A stretch of DNA of 64,000 nucleotides. It comes from a virus. Lineage: Duplodnaviria > Caudoviricetes. The position numbers were made by a program, and so were the translations under genes. How positions within the stretch are numbered: position 1 is the stretch's first letter; each line of letters opens with the position of its first letter. The notes beneath the pieces are model-generated. The model had not been told where the DNA came from. It saw nothing but the letters and a program-made list of their open reading frames with translations, and ran no database searches. Shown piece by piece: positions 44,138-54,265 of this stretch. The stretch covers positions 1-64,000 of the IMG/VR virus record IMGVR_UViG_3300027533_000015. One strand, given 5' to 3'.

Positions 44138-46282
44138 ATGGCATGTTTTTCACTTGCATGGGATAACACAGAGGTTCTGGCCAACCCCAATAATACTACA
44201 CAGACAGCTTATTGGAGGTATAAAGGTGATGTTCCTTGGCTTAACACAGGTTTTGATGATGCCAATCCTATGCCTACATCTCAAAATGTAATTGATATAT
44301 GTAGCCTTGATGCCAACAGGATAGTAGAGTTTAAAGTGGAGAGTGAATGTACAGAGAATGGCCCTGTTTCCAATAATAATGGCACAAGGGAGCAGATAGC
44401 CTTTGTCTGCATTGAGCCAGTTCTCTCCAATACTGATGTTACTGCACAGGCTGTGGTCAGCTTGGTTGGCACTGCTATCACTAAAGTAAGGTTTACTCTG
44501 CGCAAGGCCAGTGATAATACCATTGTCTTTGGCCCTACTATCATAACCAGTGTGGCAAATCAGGCTATAGCTACAGCCACAGGACTAACAGGCAGCACTG
44601 CTTATTACTGGCAAACTGTCCTCTATACTACCATCAATGGAGTAGAGGTCAACTCTTCACAGTCCTCCTATCTCAATACAGTATGCGGGCCTTATAATCT
44701 CACCACTGATGCACCAGTAATAGTGGAAGACCTTATCTGGATTCCTCTTGCTGTACAGTGTGAGAAAGAAGGTGGATTTGGTGTGGTGAAGACTATATCT
44801 GGTCTCTCCTCTCCTTATACTGCATGGTATGATGTTGCTTCCAATCTTGTCTATATTGCTGATCAGGATGATGCAGCAGGTAATGTATACTGGTTCAATC
44901 CTGATACAGCTACCCTTCCTGCACACATGACTCACTCCACACAGATCATTGATCCTGCATTATACAATACTTACATAGATGGCCCAAACAAGAAGATCTA
45001 TTTTGTAGGTGCAAATACAGGAGGAATGCTGGTCTATAATATCATCACTGATACAGTCACTACTCCTGCTGCTTTTGGTACTAATGGAGCTTTTAATAGA
45101 ACATTACTGACAGTTACCAGTAACAGGATATACTGTAATGATGCTGCTATCAGTATTATCATCATCAACAGGGAGACACAAACCATACTCAGCACAGTGC
45201 CTATTGCAGGGATACCTCTCAATGGAAACTTCTTAGGTGGAGTAATCCAGTTAATTGAAGCTACAGCTACAAATGAACTATATGCAATAACCAGTAATGG
45301 TACAACAGGTACAGTAGGAGTATATAATACAGCTTTGGATACATCAATTGCTGTGATAACACTTCCGGGAGCTGCTACATGGACTGGTGGTGGAAGCAAG
45401 TACTGGCAGGGTGGCTTCTATGATCCTGTTTCACAGAGGATGTTTATCACAGATATAGGCTCAAGCAAGCTGTTCATCATAGATGTAGTCACTCATACTG
45501 TGGTACAAACAATAGATGCAGTGAACAGGCAGGGTAAGGCTAATGCAGGCTACAATGGCATGATTAACCCTGTCAATGGTGACTTGTATATAGGCTATAC
45601 AGGGATAAATAATAGTGTTGATGCAAGCCCCATTAAGAGAATGTACCTGATGAACAGGACTGGTTTTGTCTTCAGCAATATGTTTGAGAACCAATATTAC
45701 ATCAATGGTGCTGGTATTCCGGGAACTACTAATGTGGTTGGCACATCTCCTGGCTTGGGTGCATGGAGTGGTATGCCTGCATCTGCAACTGATGGTGTTA
45801 TTACTCTTGTCAGCACTACTACTGGTAGTCAGAATACAGGAAAGAAGATTGTAGTGACATTACAGGAAGTGGATGCTAATGATGGCAATGCTCCAACAGG
45901 AGAAACTGCAAATAATACTGTGCTTGACGGTGATGGCAATCCTAACCCTAACTATATACCTGATTCCACTGATCTTGTTACCTGTCCACTGACACTGAAT
46001 ACAGCTTGTCCCACTGATGTGGTAACTACATTCTCAGGAGCAACTCTCAACTATGAAGTTGCTGTGGCAGCTTCAGTTATTAATAATCCTGCTGTATTGA
46101 AGATGCAGATATATGCCTATAACATTGGCACTGCATCAGTGGAAGGTAGTCCAGTGACAATAAATGATCCAACATTATTTTATTATGCAGGCAGCTTTGG
46201 TGGTCTTGGTGGAGTGAATTACACCATTCAGGTAAGGTTCTTGGGGGCTGCTGATGCTATTCTCAATACTTGTACCTTGTAA
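44138..46282 (+). CDS. Tail fibre/spike with FN3-like and beta-propeller domains
   Basis: TGLTGSTAYYWQ; repeated YD..S..VYI, DG.NKKIYF, DPV..RMFI blades. Confidence 0.65.
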   Translation: MACFSLAWDNTEVLANPNNTTQTAYWRYKGDVPWLNTGFDDANPMPTSQNVIDICSLDANRIVEFKVESECTENGPVSNNNGTREQIAFVCIEPVLSNTDVTAQAVVSLVGTAITKVRFTLRKASDNTIVFGPTIITSVANQAIATATGLTGSTAYYWQTVLYTTINGVEVNSSQSSYLNTVCGPYNLTTDAPVIVEDLIWIPLAVQCEKEGGFGVVKTISGLSSPYTAWYDVASNLVYIADQDDAAGNVYWFNPDTATLPAHMTHSTQIIDPALYNTYIDGPNKKIYFVGANTGGMLVYNIITDTVTTPAAFGTNGAFNRTLLTVTSNRIYCNDAAISIIIINRETQTILSTVPIAGIPLNGNFLGGVIQLIEATATNELYAITSNGTTGTVGVYNTALDTSIAVITLPGAATWTGGGSKYWQGGFYDPVSQRMFITDIGSSKLFIIDVVTHTVVQTIDAVNRQGKANAGYNGMINPVNGDLYIGYTGINNSVDASPIKRMYLMNRTGFVFSNMFENQYYINGAGIPGTTNVVGTSPGLGAWSGMPASATDGVITLVSTTTGSQNTGKKIVVTLQEVDANDGNAPTGETANNTVLDGDGNPNPNYIPDSTDLVTCPLTLNTACPTDVVTTFSGATLNYEVAVAASVINNPAVLKMQIYAYNIGTASVEGSPVTINDPTLFYYAGSFGGLGGVNYTIQVRFLGAADAILNTCTL

Positions 46283-46291
46283 TTATAATCA

Positions 46292-47662
46292 ATGAGTAAG
46301 ACACATCAAATACTATCTTCAAACTTCAGTGACATCAAGAGCCTTGATTGTTATATCAAATCTCTTATAGATATTGCTATGGCTGAAGCTCTTACTGATG
46401 CTGAAATCAAAGTAGAGGATACAGCAAGTATAGACCTTCAGGGAACTGGCAAGTCAGCCACTCCCCTGAAAGCTGTTGCACTTATATCCCCTCAACCTGA
46501 TAATGATATTGCAGTGCTTCCAGATGGCTTATACACTTCAGGCTTGGTGAAATATGGAGTTGTCAGTGGAGGTGAGGTTACATGGACTGGTGGTTATGGT
46601 TATCATGTCTCTCCTGCTATCTATTATATCAATAAGGTCAAATTTGATCAGACCATCACTAATCCTGCTGGCTTTGACTTTGTACTTACTGCACCCAGTC
46701 CACTCTATAACAGGCTTGACAGCTTTGTACTTAATAACTTAGGCTTGACAGTAGTGCTTGCAGGTGCACCTTCCAATAATCCTGCATTGGCTCCACTTAA
46801 CACTGCCACACAGCTATTTCTCTCCTGTGCTTTGGTTGAAGTCAGCAATATAGGAACTGCTGCTAACAGGGTAGCTATTGCTACTCCTGTTCCCGGAATG
46901 GAGTTTATACAGACTGATGATGTCAGGGATGCACCTGCTGGCAAGTATTACTATGCTAATGGCAGGTGGAATTATCTTCTCCTCAATCCAGAGCAATTAG
47001 TCTATGCATTTGAGGACTTTCTCTTAGTAGGTGGCAATGGTGTCAGCACTAACAGGTTCTTTTATGCCATAACAGGTTCAGCCACTCCTACTGGCTTATA
47101 TGCAAACAGGCCAGGAGCAGTGGTATTCAGTACTGCTGCTATCAATACAGGCAGGGTAACATTATATGCAGGTTCTCTTAACAACTCTTCAGGAGGTTTA
47201 TACTTCACAGGTGGTGCATGTTACTTTAAGTGCAGTACTATAGACTTTCCTATCCTTTCAACAGTAGGAGAAGAATTTACTATCAGGGTGGGTCTTGGCT
47301 TTTTTGGTGCAGGAGGTTTAAGTGCTGATCTGGATGGAGGAGTTTATTTTGAATATAACAGGCTCACCTCTGCTAACTGGTTATTAAGAACAGCAAAGAA
47401 TGCAGTCAGGACAACTCTTGACAGTCTTGTACCTGTTGCTACAGGTACTATCTTATTTGAGATATTTGTGAATGCAGCAGCTACACAAGCTGATTACTAT
47501 ATTAATGATGTATTAGTTGGTAGTGTTACACCTTTAGCTTTTCCTTTTGTTGTATTTGGCTCTCCAATATTCCAGTTAATGAAATCAGCAGGAACTACTC
47601 CCAGAACTATAACTTTGGATTATATAAAAGCATGGCAGAGATTAACAGTAATAAGACCTTAA
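46292..47662 (+). CDS. Tail fibre protein with a lectin-like C-terminal domain
   Basis: EDTASIDL.G.G...PL.A knob motif; C-terminal FEDF...YYIND.LVG...LDYI. Confidence 0.65.
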   Translation: MSKTHQILSSNFSDIKSLDCYIKSLIDIAMAEALTDAEIKVEDTASIDLQGTGKSATPLKAVALISPQPDNDIAVLPDGLYTSGLVKYGVVSGGEVTWTGGYGYHVSPAIYYINKVKFDQTITNPAGFDFVLTAPSPLYNRLDSFVLNNLGLTVVLAGAPSNNPALAPLNTATQLFLSCALVEVSNIGTAANRVAIATPVPGMEFIQTDDVRDAPAGKYYYANGRWNYLLLNPEQLVYAFEDFLLVGGNGVSTNRFFYAITGSATPTGLYANRPGAVVFSTAAINTGRVTLYAGSLNNSSGGLYFTGGACYFKCSTIDFPILSTVGEEFTIRVGLGFFGAGGLSADLDGGVYFEYNRLTSANWLLRTAKNAVRTTLDSLVPVATGTILFEIFVNAAATQADYYINDVLVGSVTPLAFPFVVFGSPIFQLMKSAGTTPRTITLDYIKAWQRLTVIRP

Positions 47663-47681
47663 TCATTAAATTATTATCCTT

Positions 47682-48290
47682 ATGAGCAATATAGGTAACT
47701 TAATATCACGACTTAATAATCTTGAGAGAAGGATTACAGAGATAGAGAATCCTCCACCTTCCAACATAGGCCCTGAAAGTCTTATGGTAATGTCAAATAT
47801 GAAACTATCTGCTGTACCTATGGCAAAGGCTCTGGAAGTACTTAACAGTGGTGGCAGACCTGATACTATTCCCGGTAATCCTAATGCTGGTCTTTCTTAT
47901 AATGCTTATGCAGCCTTACTTTCCCAGACAGGAACTACTGCTCCTGTAGCTGTGCTATTGGACAACTCATTAAAGAAAAATCCAACATGGGTCTATGAAG
48001 CTGTTGGCAGGTATATCCTGACTGCTGTTAGTGTATTTCCAGTAGGAAGAACTGCTATCATTCCTATAGATAACATGACCAGCACTAAGGTTACAGGAGT
48101 TTGGCTTGATACCAGTACCATAGAGATAGTTACTACTGATCTTGTCACAGGTCTTCCAGCTAATGATCACTTAAGTAATACCTTTGTTGAAGTGAGAGTG
48201 TATTCTCAGTCATTAGTGGAGTTATTGAGAACACTTAAAGATGAAATAATTCAGGAACAAACAACTAAAATAAAGAAGCCAAGCTTATAA
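47682..48290 (+). CDS. Tail-associated protein
   Basis: YAALLSQTGT.AP....L.N...VEVRVY. Confidence 0.55.
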   Translation: MSNIGNLISRLNNLERRITEIENPPPSNIGPESLMVMSNMKLSAVPMAKALEVLNSGGRPDTIPGNPNAGLSYNAYAALLSQTGTTAPVAVLLDNSLKKNPTWVYEAVGRYILTAVSVFPVGRTAIIPIDNMTSTKVTGVWLDTSTIEIVTTDLVTGLPANDHLSNTFVEVRVYSQSLVELLRTLKDEIIQEQTTKIKKPSL

Positions 48291-48327
48291 CCTTCATAAT
48301 TACATAACCAGTTAAAACAAACATTTT

Positions 48328-50430
48328 ATGGCAACTTCATCTTTAAAAGTACTTCCTTTCACCACTGCTATCATAAGACCTGAATCTGGGCCTGAACAAT
48401 GGCATAACAGTACAGAAAGAATTGGATACCCTACAGAATCACAACCAGTCAACCAGGAAAATTCCCTTGATGTCTATTACAGGTTTGCATGGACACAGAT
48501 AGATGATGGGGCAAATGAACCCAATTATGACTGGGGATATTTTGATGGCCTTGTCAGGAGTGCTATTGACAATGGCCAAAGGCTTTCATTTGGTATCATG
48601 ACCTATAATGCTGACAGGGGAGAGAATGAGTATCCTGATGGAAGCTCTGCCAATTACCCACTGTGGCTGCACAGGCAGATGCAGAATGAAAGTGATAACA
48701 ACAAGGACTGGCAGAAAAATGGTATCTGGATGCCAAACTGGAATAGTGAGAACTACATTGAAGGTCTGAGGGCATTGAATCAGGAAATCAGGGATCACCT
48801 TGTTGAGACAAAGTATACTCCTAATGATGGGCCAAATGCTGGTAAGGAAGTACTGTTTGCAGATGCCATACAGTTCATTGACATCAGGGGCTTTGGCTCA
48901 TGGGGTGAATGGCATGTGTCAGGTGTATGCACATGGAGTACCTTCCCCGCTGGAAGACAGCCTACAATCAATGCCCTGAAAGCAATCATTGATACTCACA
49001 CTGAAGTGTTTGATAAATGGCCTCTGGTCATCATGGTGGCAGCTTATGACAGTGGAGCTTCATTCATTGATGCCTTCCATCCTTATCCTGAAGTGGGACA
49101 CTATGCCCACTATGCCAAGAATGCATGGGGACAAGTGGGATTTAGAAAGGATCAGTGGAGTGCTGATGATCAGTATCTCTCATCAGTGCTTGAAAACAAT
49201 CCTTATACCTTTGATGGTTCTCCCACCTTTGGGGAACTAGCAAGAAATAAATACAAGACAGGGCCTATCACTGGTGAGCCTCCGGGCTGGAATACTGGTA
49301 ATTTCTATGACTTAGTAAGACAGGTGGAGCTATATCATGGAACAAGTATTGGTAATGGTAACTATGGTGGTTATCCTTCAGCTCTTGAATCAAGGGAGAA
49401 CATCAGGGCAGGATTTGCCCTGCTTGGAAGCAAGATACAGATATCTGGTGGTAGCTTCAGCTTCACCAATACCTCTGCCTCTGTTACCCTGAACTGGAAA
49501 AATGGTGGTGTATGCCCTGTGTATATGAACTGGGATGTAGAATTAAGACTATACTCTGAAAGTGGTCAGGTTGAATATGCCAAGAAATCCAGCCATGAAG
49601 TAAAGTTCTTCCTTCCTACTACCACTCCTGTTGCTGTTACTGACAGCTTAGCCTTCAGCCTGCCACAGGGAGCATATAAACTGGCTGTTGTTATCACTGA
49701 TCCTACAGGATACAGGCAACCAATGCCACTGTACAATGAGGACAGGCAATCTGATGGCAGCTATATCATAGGTACTATCAATATCACAGATACAGTTCCT
49801 AATCAGCCTCCAACTGCCAATGCAGGGCCTAATCAGGATACTGAGGAAGATACTGTGACACTGACAGGTGCAGGTACAGATGGAGATGGAACTATCACAT
49901 CATATCAATGGACTAAGATAACTACACTGGCTGCTACTATCACTTCTCCTGATACAGCAATTACTACTGTTACAGGGTTAGTTCCGGGACTACATACCTT
50001 TCAACTTAAGGTCACAGATAATCGTGGAGCTACTGCATTGGATACAGTGAATATTACAGTGGCAGAAGAGGCAGAGGGTGAACCCCCTGTTGCTAATGCA
50101 GGTTCAGACAGGGAAATCACATTACCTATTAGCAGAGTTATCATAGCTGGTGCAGCCACAGGTTCAGATGGTATTATTACCCCACTATGGAGCATAGTTT
50201 CTGGTAGTGGTAGCATCACTAATCCTAACTCATATCTTACAATGGTTCAAGACCTGACAGAAGGTACTACAGTAGTAAGGCTAACTGTAACTGATAATAG
50301 TGGAGCATCTGCAAGTGATGAGATGTACATAGTAGTTAAAGCACCAACTTCAGATGTAACTGTGACATCAGTTACAGCATTGGTTAGACTTAGCAATGGT
50401 GTTACAATAACCAAACCTGTACACCCTTAA
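48328..50430 (+). CDS. DUF4832-like glycoside hydrolase (TIM barrel) with two PKD domains
   Basis: YYRF.W..I......YDW..FD, GFGSWGEWH, GEP, W.N.GV.P.Y..W; PTANAGP.Q PKD repeats. Confidence 0.7.
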   Translation: MATSSLKVLPFTTAIIRPESGPEQWHNSTERIGYPTESQPVNQENSLDVYYRFAWTQIDDGANEPNYDWGYFDGLVRSAIDNGQRLSFGIMTYNADRGENEYPDGSSANYPLWLHRQMQNESDNNKDWQKNGIWMPNWNSENYIEGLRALNQEIRDHLVETKYTPNDGPNAGKEVLFADAIQFIDIRGFGSWGEWHVSGVCTWSTFPAGRQPTINALKAIIDTHTEVFDKWPLVIMVAAYDSGASFIDAFHPYPEVGHYAHYAKNAWGQVGFRKDQWSADDQYLSSVLENNPYTFDGSPTFGELARNKYKTGPITGEPPGWNTGNFYDLVRQVELYHGTSIGNGNYGGYPSALESRENIRAGFALLGSKIQISGGSFSFTNTSASVTLNWKNGGVCPVYMNWDVELRLYSESGQVEYAKKSSHEVKFFLPTTTPVAVTDSLAFSLPQGAYKLAVVITDPTGYRQPMPLYNEDRQSDGSYIIGTINITDTVPNQPPTANAGPNQDTEEDTVTLTGAGTDGDGTITSYQWTKITTLAATITSPDTAITTVTGLVPGLHTFQLKVTDNRGATALDTVNITVAEEAEGEPPVANAGSDREITLPISRVIIAGAATGSDGIITPLWSIVSGSGSITNPNSYLTMVQDLTEGTTVVRLTVTDNSGASASDEMYIVVKAPTSDVTVTSVTALVRLSNGVTITKPVHP

Positions 50431-50491
50431 ATATTTTCATTATTCGTGCCCTATGCTTAACTTTAGGTAATCACTTAAAATACACACATTT

Positions 50492-50971
50492 ATGAAAAGT
50501 ATTACCATTAAGACAACTGATGAGCTATACATTGATGAGACTGGAAGAGAGATGCCCTTCAGACTCACCACTGCTCTGCTCATTAAGACTGCCATCAAGA
50601 ATACACCTGCTGGTGGATTTGAGGTGACAGACATGATGAACAGGCTGAAGATAAGTAAGGTGCTTGAAGACTATGAGGCAGTTAAGAGAAAGGAAAAGAG
50701 AAACAGGTTAATTAAGGCACAGCAAGAGGCAAAAGCTTTAGCTGAAGCTGAACCTGATATGATCTATGATGATTCTGAGATACCTGAAGAAAAAGATATC
50801 TCATTAAAGGTATCAGACTATGATGGAGTAATAAAGCTTGAAGATGCGATGTTTGATAAATTGGGTGAATATGTGAAGCCTACCAAGTGGCTTTTTATGA
50901 GCCAGAACATAGTTGATTTCTGTGAGTTGTTCAATACCAATGGTAATCACAATGATAAACCTAAATCATGA
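50492..50971 (+). CDS. Hypothetical protein (possible tail assembly chaperone)
   Basis: Preceded by TTTC-19 nt-TAACTTTA promoter-like sequence. Confidence 0.55.
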   Translation: MKSITIKTTDELYIDETGREMPFRLTTALLIKTAIKNTPAGGFEVTDMMNRLKISKVLEDYEAVKRKEKRNRLIKAQQEAKALAEAEPDMIYDDSEIPEEKDISLKVSDYDGVIKLEDAMFDKLGEYVKPTKWLFMSQNIVDFCELFNTNGNHNDKPKS

Positions 50972-51702
50972 CAGCAGTACAAACTCACAACTATATAACC
51001 AAGCAGTTCTCCTCTCTCACTTTTGAGGAGAAAAGGCATATTTACTGTTGGGAGGGAGCCAGAGTTCCGAGGTCAGTAAGTGCCTTGGTGGAAGAACATG
51101 TCCCTCCTTTTGATAAAACCAAATGGTTACCTATATGTGCAAAGAAGGAGAATATATCTGAACATGAACTGGAGCATAGATGGCAGACCATTAATCAATT
51201 AGCCTGTGATCTGGGACATGAGACCCATGCTTTCATGGAAAGATACTCTGGACTTCAGACTCCCATGACCCCACAGGAGCAGGCTGGCATTAAGTTCCTG
51301 ACCTTTATCCTGAAGGAGTATGAGATAGTGGCAAGGGAAATAAGAATGTATTCAAGGGAGTTTGGCTATGCTGGCACAGCAGATTTACTGCTCAGGCATA
51401 GAAAGACAGGGGAGCTGGCACTGGCTGATTACAAGACCAATGCTGACCTGTTTAAGAGATGGGCCATGCTGCTCTTCCCTTTCAATTACTTGGAGAATCA
51501 TCCTTATAATCACTATCAGCTACAGTTCTCTTACTATCAAATTATGCTGGAAGAAATTGGATTATCCATCACCAAAAGATTATTAGCGTATCTGAAAGCA
51601 GATGCTACATATAAAATATATGAATGTTATTCTTTTGTTGATCAGCTTAAAGCACATCTTATTGAAAGAAGTAAATTAATACCTGATTATGTTGCTTGGT
51701 GA
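50968..51702 (+). CDS. PD-(D/E)XK exonuclease-like protein
   Basis: G...H...E, E, AGTADLL, DYKT, Y.LQ.S.Y. Confidence 0.85.
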   Translation: MTAVQTHNYITKQFSSLTFEEKRHIYCWEGARVPRSVSALVEEHVPPFDKTKWLPICAKKENISEHELEHRWQTINQLACDLGHETHAFMERYSGLQTPMTPQEQAGIKFLTFILKEYEIVAREIRMYSREFGYAGTADLLLRHRKTGELALADYKTNADLFKRWAMLLFPFNYLENHPYNHYQLQFSYYQIMLEEIGLSITKRLLAYLKADATYKIYECYSFVDQLKAHLIERSKLIPDYVAW

Positions 51703-52414
51703 TATTTTACAGCGTGTTCAATCATTATACTCCAAGGGAGTACAGTCTGATGATACAAGGCTTGTCAACAGGCATATCTACTCTGCTGTGACTACAGCAA
51801 GGAATGTACTGCTAAGACAGAAGGCTGATAAGGGCCAGATCATCAGTGATTGGAGTTACCAGACATTACCCTGTGCAGAGTTGGAGAAAGCTCCCTTGCA
51901 TGAATGTCCCTGTGTACCTGTTCCTGGCTGTATAATATTAAGAACCAAGCATAAGATACCCAAGCCTATCACTAATCTTGATTCACACATGATAAAGACA
52001 GTGATGACCATTGATGGTTCAGTTACATTTGATGAGACCACTTATGAGGATGAGAAGTACAGCAAAGGCAACAAGTTCACTTCCAAGATTCCTAAATGGT
52101 TTCCTCACAATGAGAGGGTGTATATCACTATAGTAAAACAGTTAAAGGCTGTAGCCATTAAGGGATTATATGATGACTTTGTAGCAGCTAAGCTATTTCC
52201 CTCTATCTGTGTCAATGAATGCCCTGATTGCTGTGAAGATGTACTGGATATGGAGTTTCCCCTTGAAGGTGATTCTATAAGACCTCTTATCCAGCTTGCC
52301 AATGAGGAACTGATCATTATCATGAAACAATTAACTGAAGACAAACTATCCAATTCACAGGATGATGATATGCCTACAGGCATGGTTCATCAGCCTAATC
52401 CTGCAAGGAGATAA
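51689..52414 (+). CDS. Tail ring protein
   Basis: SDD, YQTLPC.EL, RT...IP pattern of crAss-type ring proteins. Confidence 0.7.
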   Translation: MLLGDILQRVQSLYSKGVQSDDTRLVNRHIYSAVTTARNVLLRQKADKGQIISDWSYQTLPCAELEKAPLHECPCVPVPGCIILRTKHKIPKPITNLDSHMIKTVMTIDGSVTFDETTYEDEKYSKGNKFTSKIPKWFPHNERVYITIVKQLKAVAIKGLYDDFVAAKLFPSICVNECPDCCEDVLDMEFPLEGDSIRPLIQLANEELIIIMKQLTEDKLSNSQDDDMPTGMVHQPNPARR

Positions 52415-52416
52415 TT

Positions 52417-52923
52417 ATGATTGAAGTAAAGAACTTAAGGCAAGGCTATAAATATTATAAGACGGAGATTGCTCCCAAAACCACTATTGATATCAATCTC
52501 TACCTGAAGATCACACAAGGTTTTATGAAGTTTCAGGTAAACAAACTGCTTCAGGGTTATGATGTAGAGCTGGGAGTTGGTGAGAGTCTGGGAACTTTAA
52601 GAGTCAGGGGGTATAAGTCAAAGGCTTATATTAATGAGCATGGAGAGATAAAAGGAGTACCCCCATCATGGTCAAAGACCAAGAAGCTATGGGATAGTGA
52701 TCCTGTAGCTAAAGCCAACAGGCAGTTGGTTTATTGCTTTAATGAACACAGTGATGGTAATATTTATTCAGTTAAATGGTACACTGGTAAGTCAAGATTA
52801 TATAACAAACAGTATTATCATTTCAAACTAAGCAGAGCTAATAAGAGAGCCTTGAACAGGCTTATCAATCAGGGTAAGGAGTATGCTATATCAGTTAAAA
52901 GAGATAAATCACAGTATAAATAA
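52417..52923 (+). CDS. IHF-like protein (crAss type)
   Basis: LG.L.V....W..TKKLW......VY..NEH.DG......R.NKR.L. Confidence 0.7.
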   Translation: MIEVKNLRQGYKYYKTEIAPKTTIDINLYLKITQGFMKFQVNKLLQGYDVELGVGESLGTLRVRGYKSKAYINEHGEIKGVPPSWSKTKKLWDSDPVAKANRQLVYCFNEHSDGNIYSVKWYTGKSRLYNKQYYHFKLSRANKRALNRLINQGKEYAISVKRDKSQYK

Positions 52924-52934
52924 ATTCTACTATC

Positions 52935-53237
52935 ATGGCAACATCAAAACTCAAAGAGGCATCCAAGCTAAGAAGCACTTCTACCACTGTGACTGATAAG
53001 GTAAAAGAGAAGAGAGAGCCTCCTGCTGGTGCCAAGATCATAAGCAAGACTGTGAGAACTGAGACAGAAGAGATAGAGAATGGATGGCTGATAAGTAAGA
53101 ACTTTGATATCAGCTATGAGTATAAGGGTGAGAAGGAATGGGCTTACTATAGCAAGAAGTGGTATTCAAAAACAGATCCCCTCACCATCAAGTTAAATGA
53201 TGAGGCTCTGGCAGATGAGTTTGAAGGTGAGGACTAA
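52935..53237 (+). CDS. Hypothetical protein
   Basis: EEIENGWLI motif; in operon. Confidence 0.6.
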   Translation: MATSKLKEASKLRSTSTTVTDKVKEKREPPAGAKIISKTVRTETEEIENGWLISKNFDISYEYKGEKEWAYYSKKWYSKTDPLTIKLNDEALADEFEGED

Positions 53238-53252
53238 TAAACAATTACTACT

Positions 53253-54260
53253 ATGGACTTTAGTTATGTTTCCGTAGACAGGATATTCAGCAAGCTGGTC
53301 AGGGATGTCACTGGTGACTTCAATGAGGGTGATGTGATAGAATGGTGTGGTGAAGCTCTTGAAGCTGTGGGAGCTATTAAAGCCTCTGAAGAAGCTGTAG
53401 CCTTTATTGAGGTTAAGAATCACCAGTGTGCTGTTCCCAATGGCTTGCATAATATCATTCAAATAGCAAGGAACAGGGATTGGGGTGGGCCTGCTGATGA
53501 TAAGTTCTGTCCTGCTGCTGTAGCCAAAGAACTTTGTACTGTTGACAGTGACAGTACCAGTCCCTCTGATTGTGCTGATTGCCCCTCAGATCAAAAGCTG
53601 GACTACATTATCCTTGATTGTCATGGCATGCCTCTCAATGATTATGATGTGGCCTATTACAGGCCATACTTTGATTTGCAGTCAGAGTATTTCAACTGGA
53701 GAAATTCCAAGATGTACAGGAACAGTTACAGCACAGTGAGCCTTGCTACCCATAGCTTCTTTAATTCCCTTGTGTGCAAAACTCCTGAGACAGGTTCTCC
53801 TCTGTATCAATCAAACACAGATGAATACTCAGTTATCCTGAAGAAGATTTTAAGGTTCAGCTTTGAAACAGGTTCTATTGCTATTGCTTATAACCGTCAA
53901 ATAGTTGACCTTGATACAGGATATCCCATGATACCTGAAGACATCAGTTATACTGAAGCTATTACCAGATACATCAAGATGAAGATACTGGATAAGCAGT
54001 GCTTCAGTGGCAGGGAAGGAGCTTGTGGCAAGGCTGATAAAGCTGCCATTGACTGGCATTGGTATTGTAAGCAGGCTGGCAATAAGGCCCTGATGCTTAA
54101 TGGTGTGGATGAGCATGAGAACTACCTGAGACAACGCAGGTATATGCTGCCTCTCAATCATTACTATAGCTTCTTTGGCAATATGAACAAGGCTGAATTA
54201 AGAGCTTTCAATGATCCTGATTCAAGAAATAATAAAGCAAGATACTTTGTTGGAAATTAA
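53253..54260 (+). CDS. Tail ring/tubular protein
   Basis: D.IEW.GEAL..VG, D..GYPMIP...SY.EA...YI, W.WYC.QA. Confidence 0.75.
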   Translation: MDFSYVSVDRIFSKLVRDVTGDFNEGDVIEWCGEALEAVGAIKASEEAVAFIEVKNHQCAVPNGLHNIIQIARNRDWGGPADDKFCPAAVAKELCTVDSDSTSPSDCADCPSDQKLDYIILDCHGMPLNDYDVAYYRPYFDLQSEYFNWRNSKMYRNSYSTVSLATHSFFNSLVCKTPETGSPLYQSNTDEYSVILKKILRFSFETGSIAIAYNRQIVDLDTGYPMIPEDISYTEAITRYIKMKILDKQCFSGREGACGKADKAAIDWHWYCKQAGNKALMLNGVDEHENYLRQRRYMLPLNHYYSFFGNMNKAELRAFNDPDSRNNKARYFVGN

Positions 54261-54265
54261 GACCT

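Noticed and set aside
44138-50430. Diversity-generating retroelement or invertible tail-fibre locus
   Set aside because: No reverse transcriptase or recombinase in the window, and no template/variable repeat pair or inverted repeats seen by eye.
50968-51702. PD-(D/E)XK nuclease as Cas4 or a defence system
   Set aside because: It lacks the four-Cys Fe-S pattern, and such nucleases are common in crAss-like genomes.
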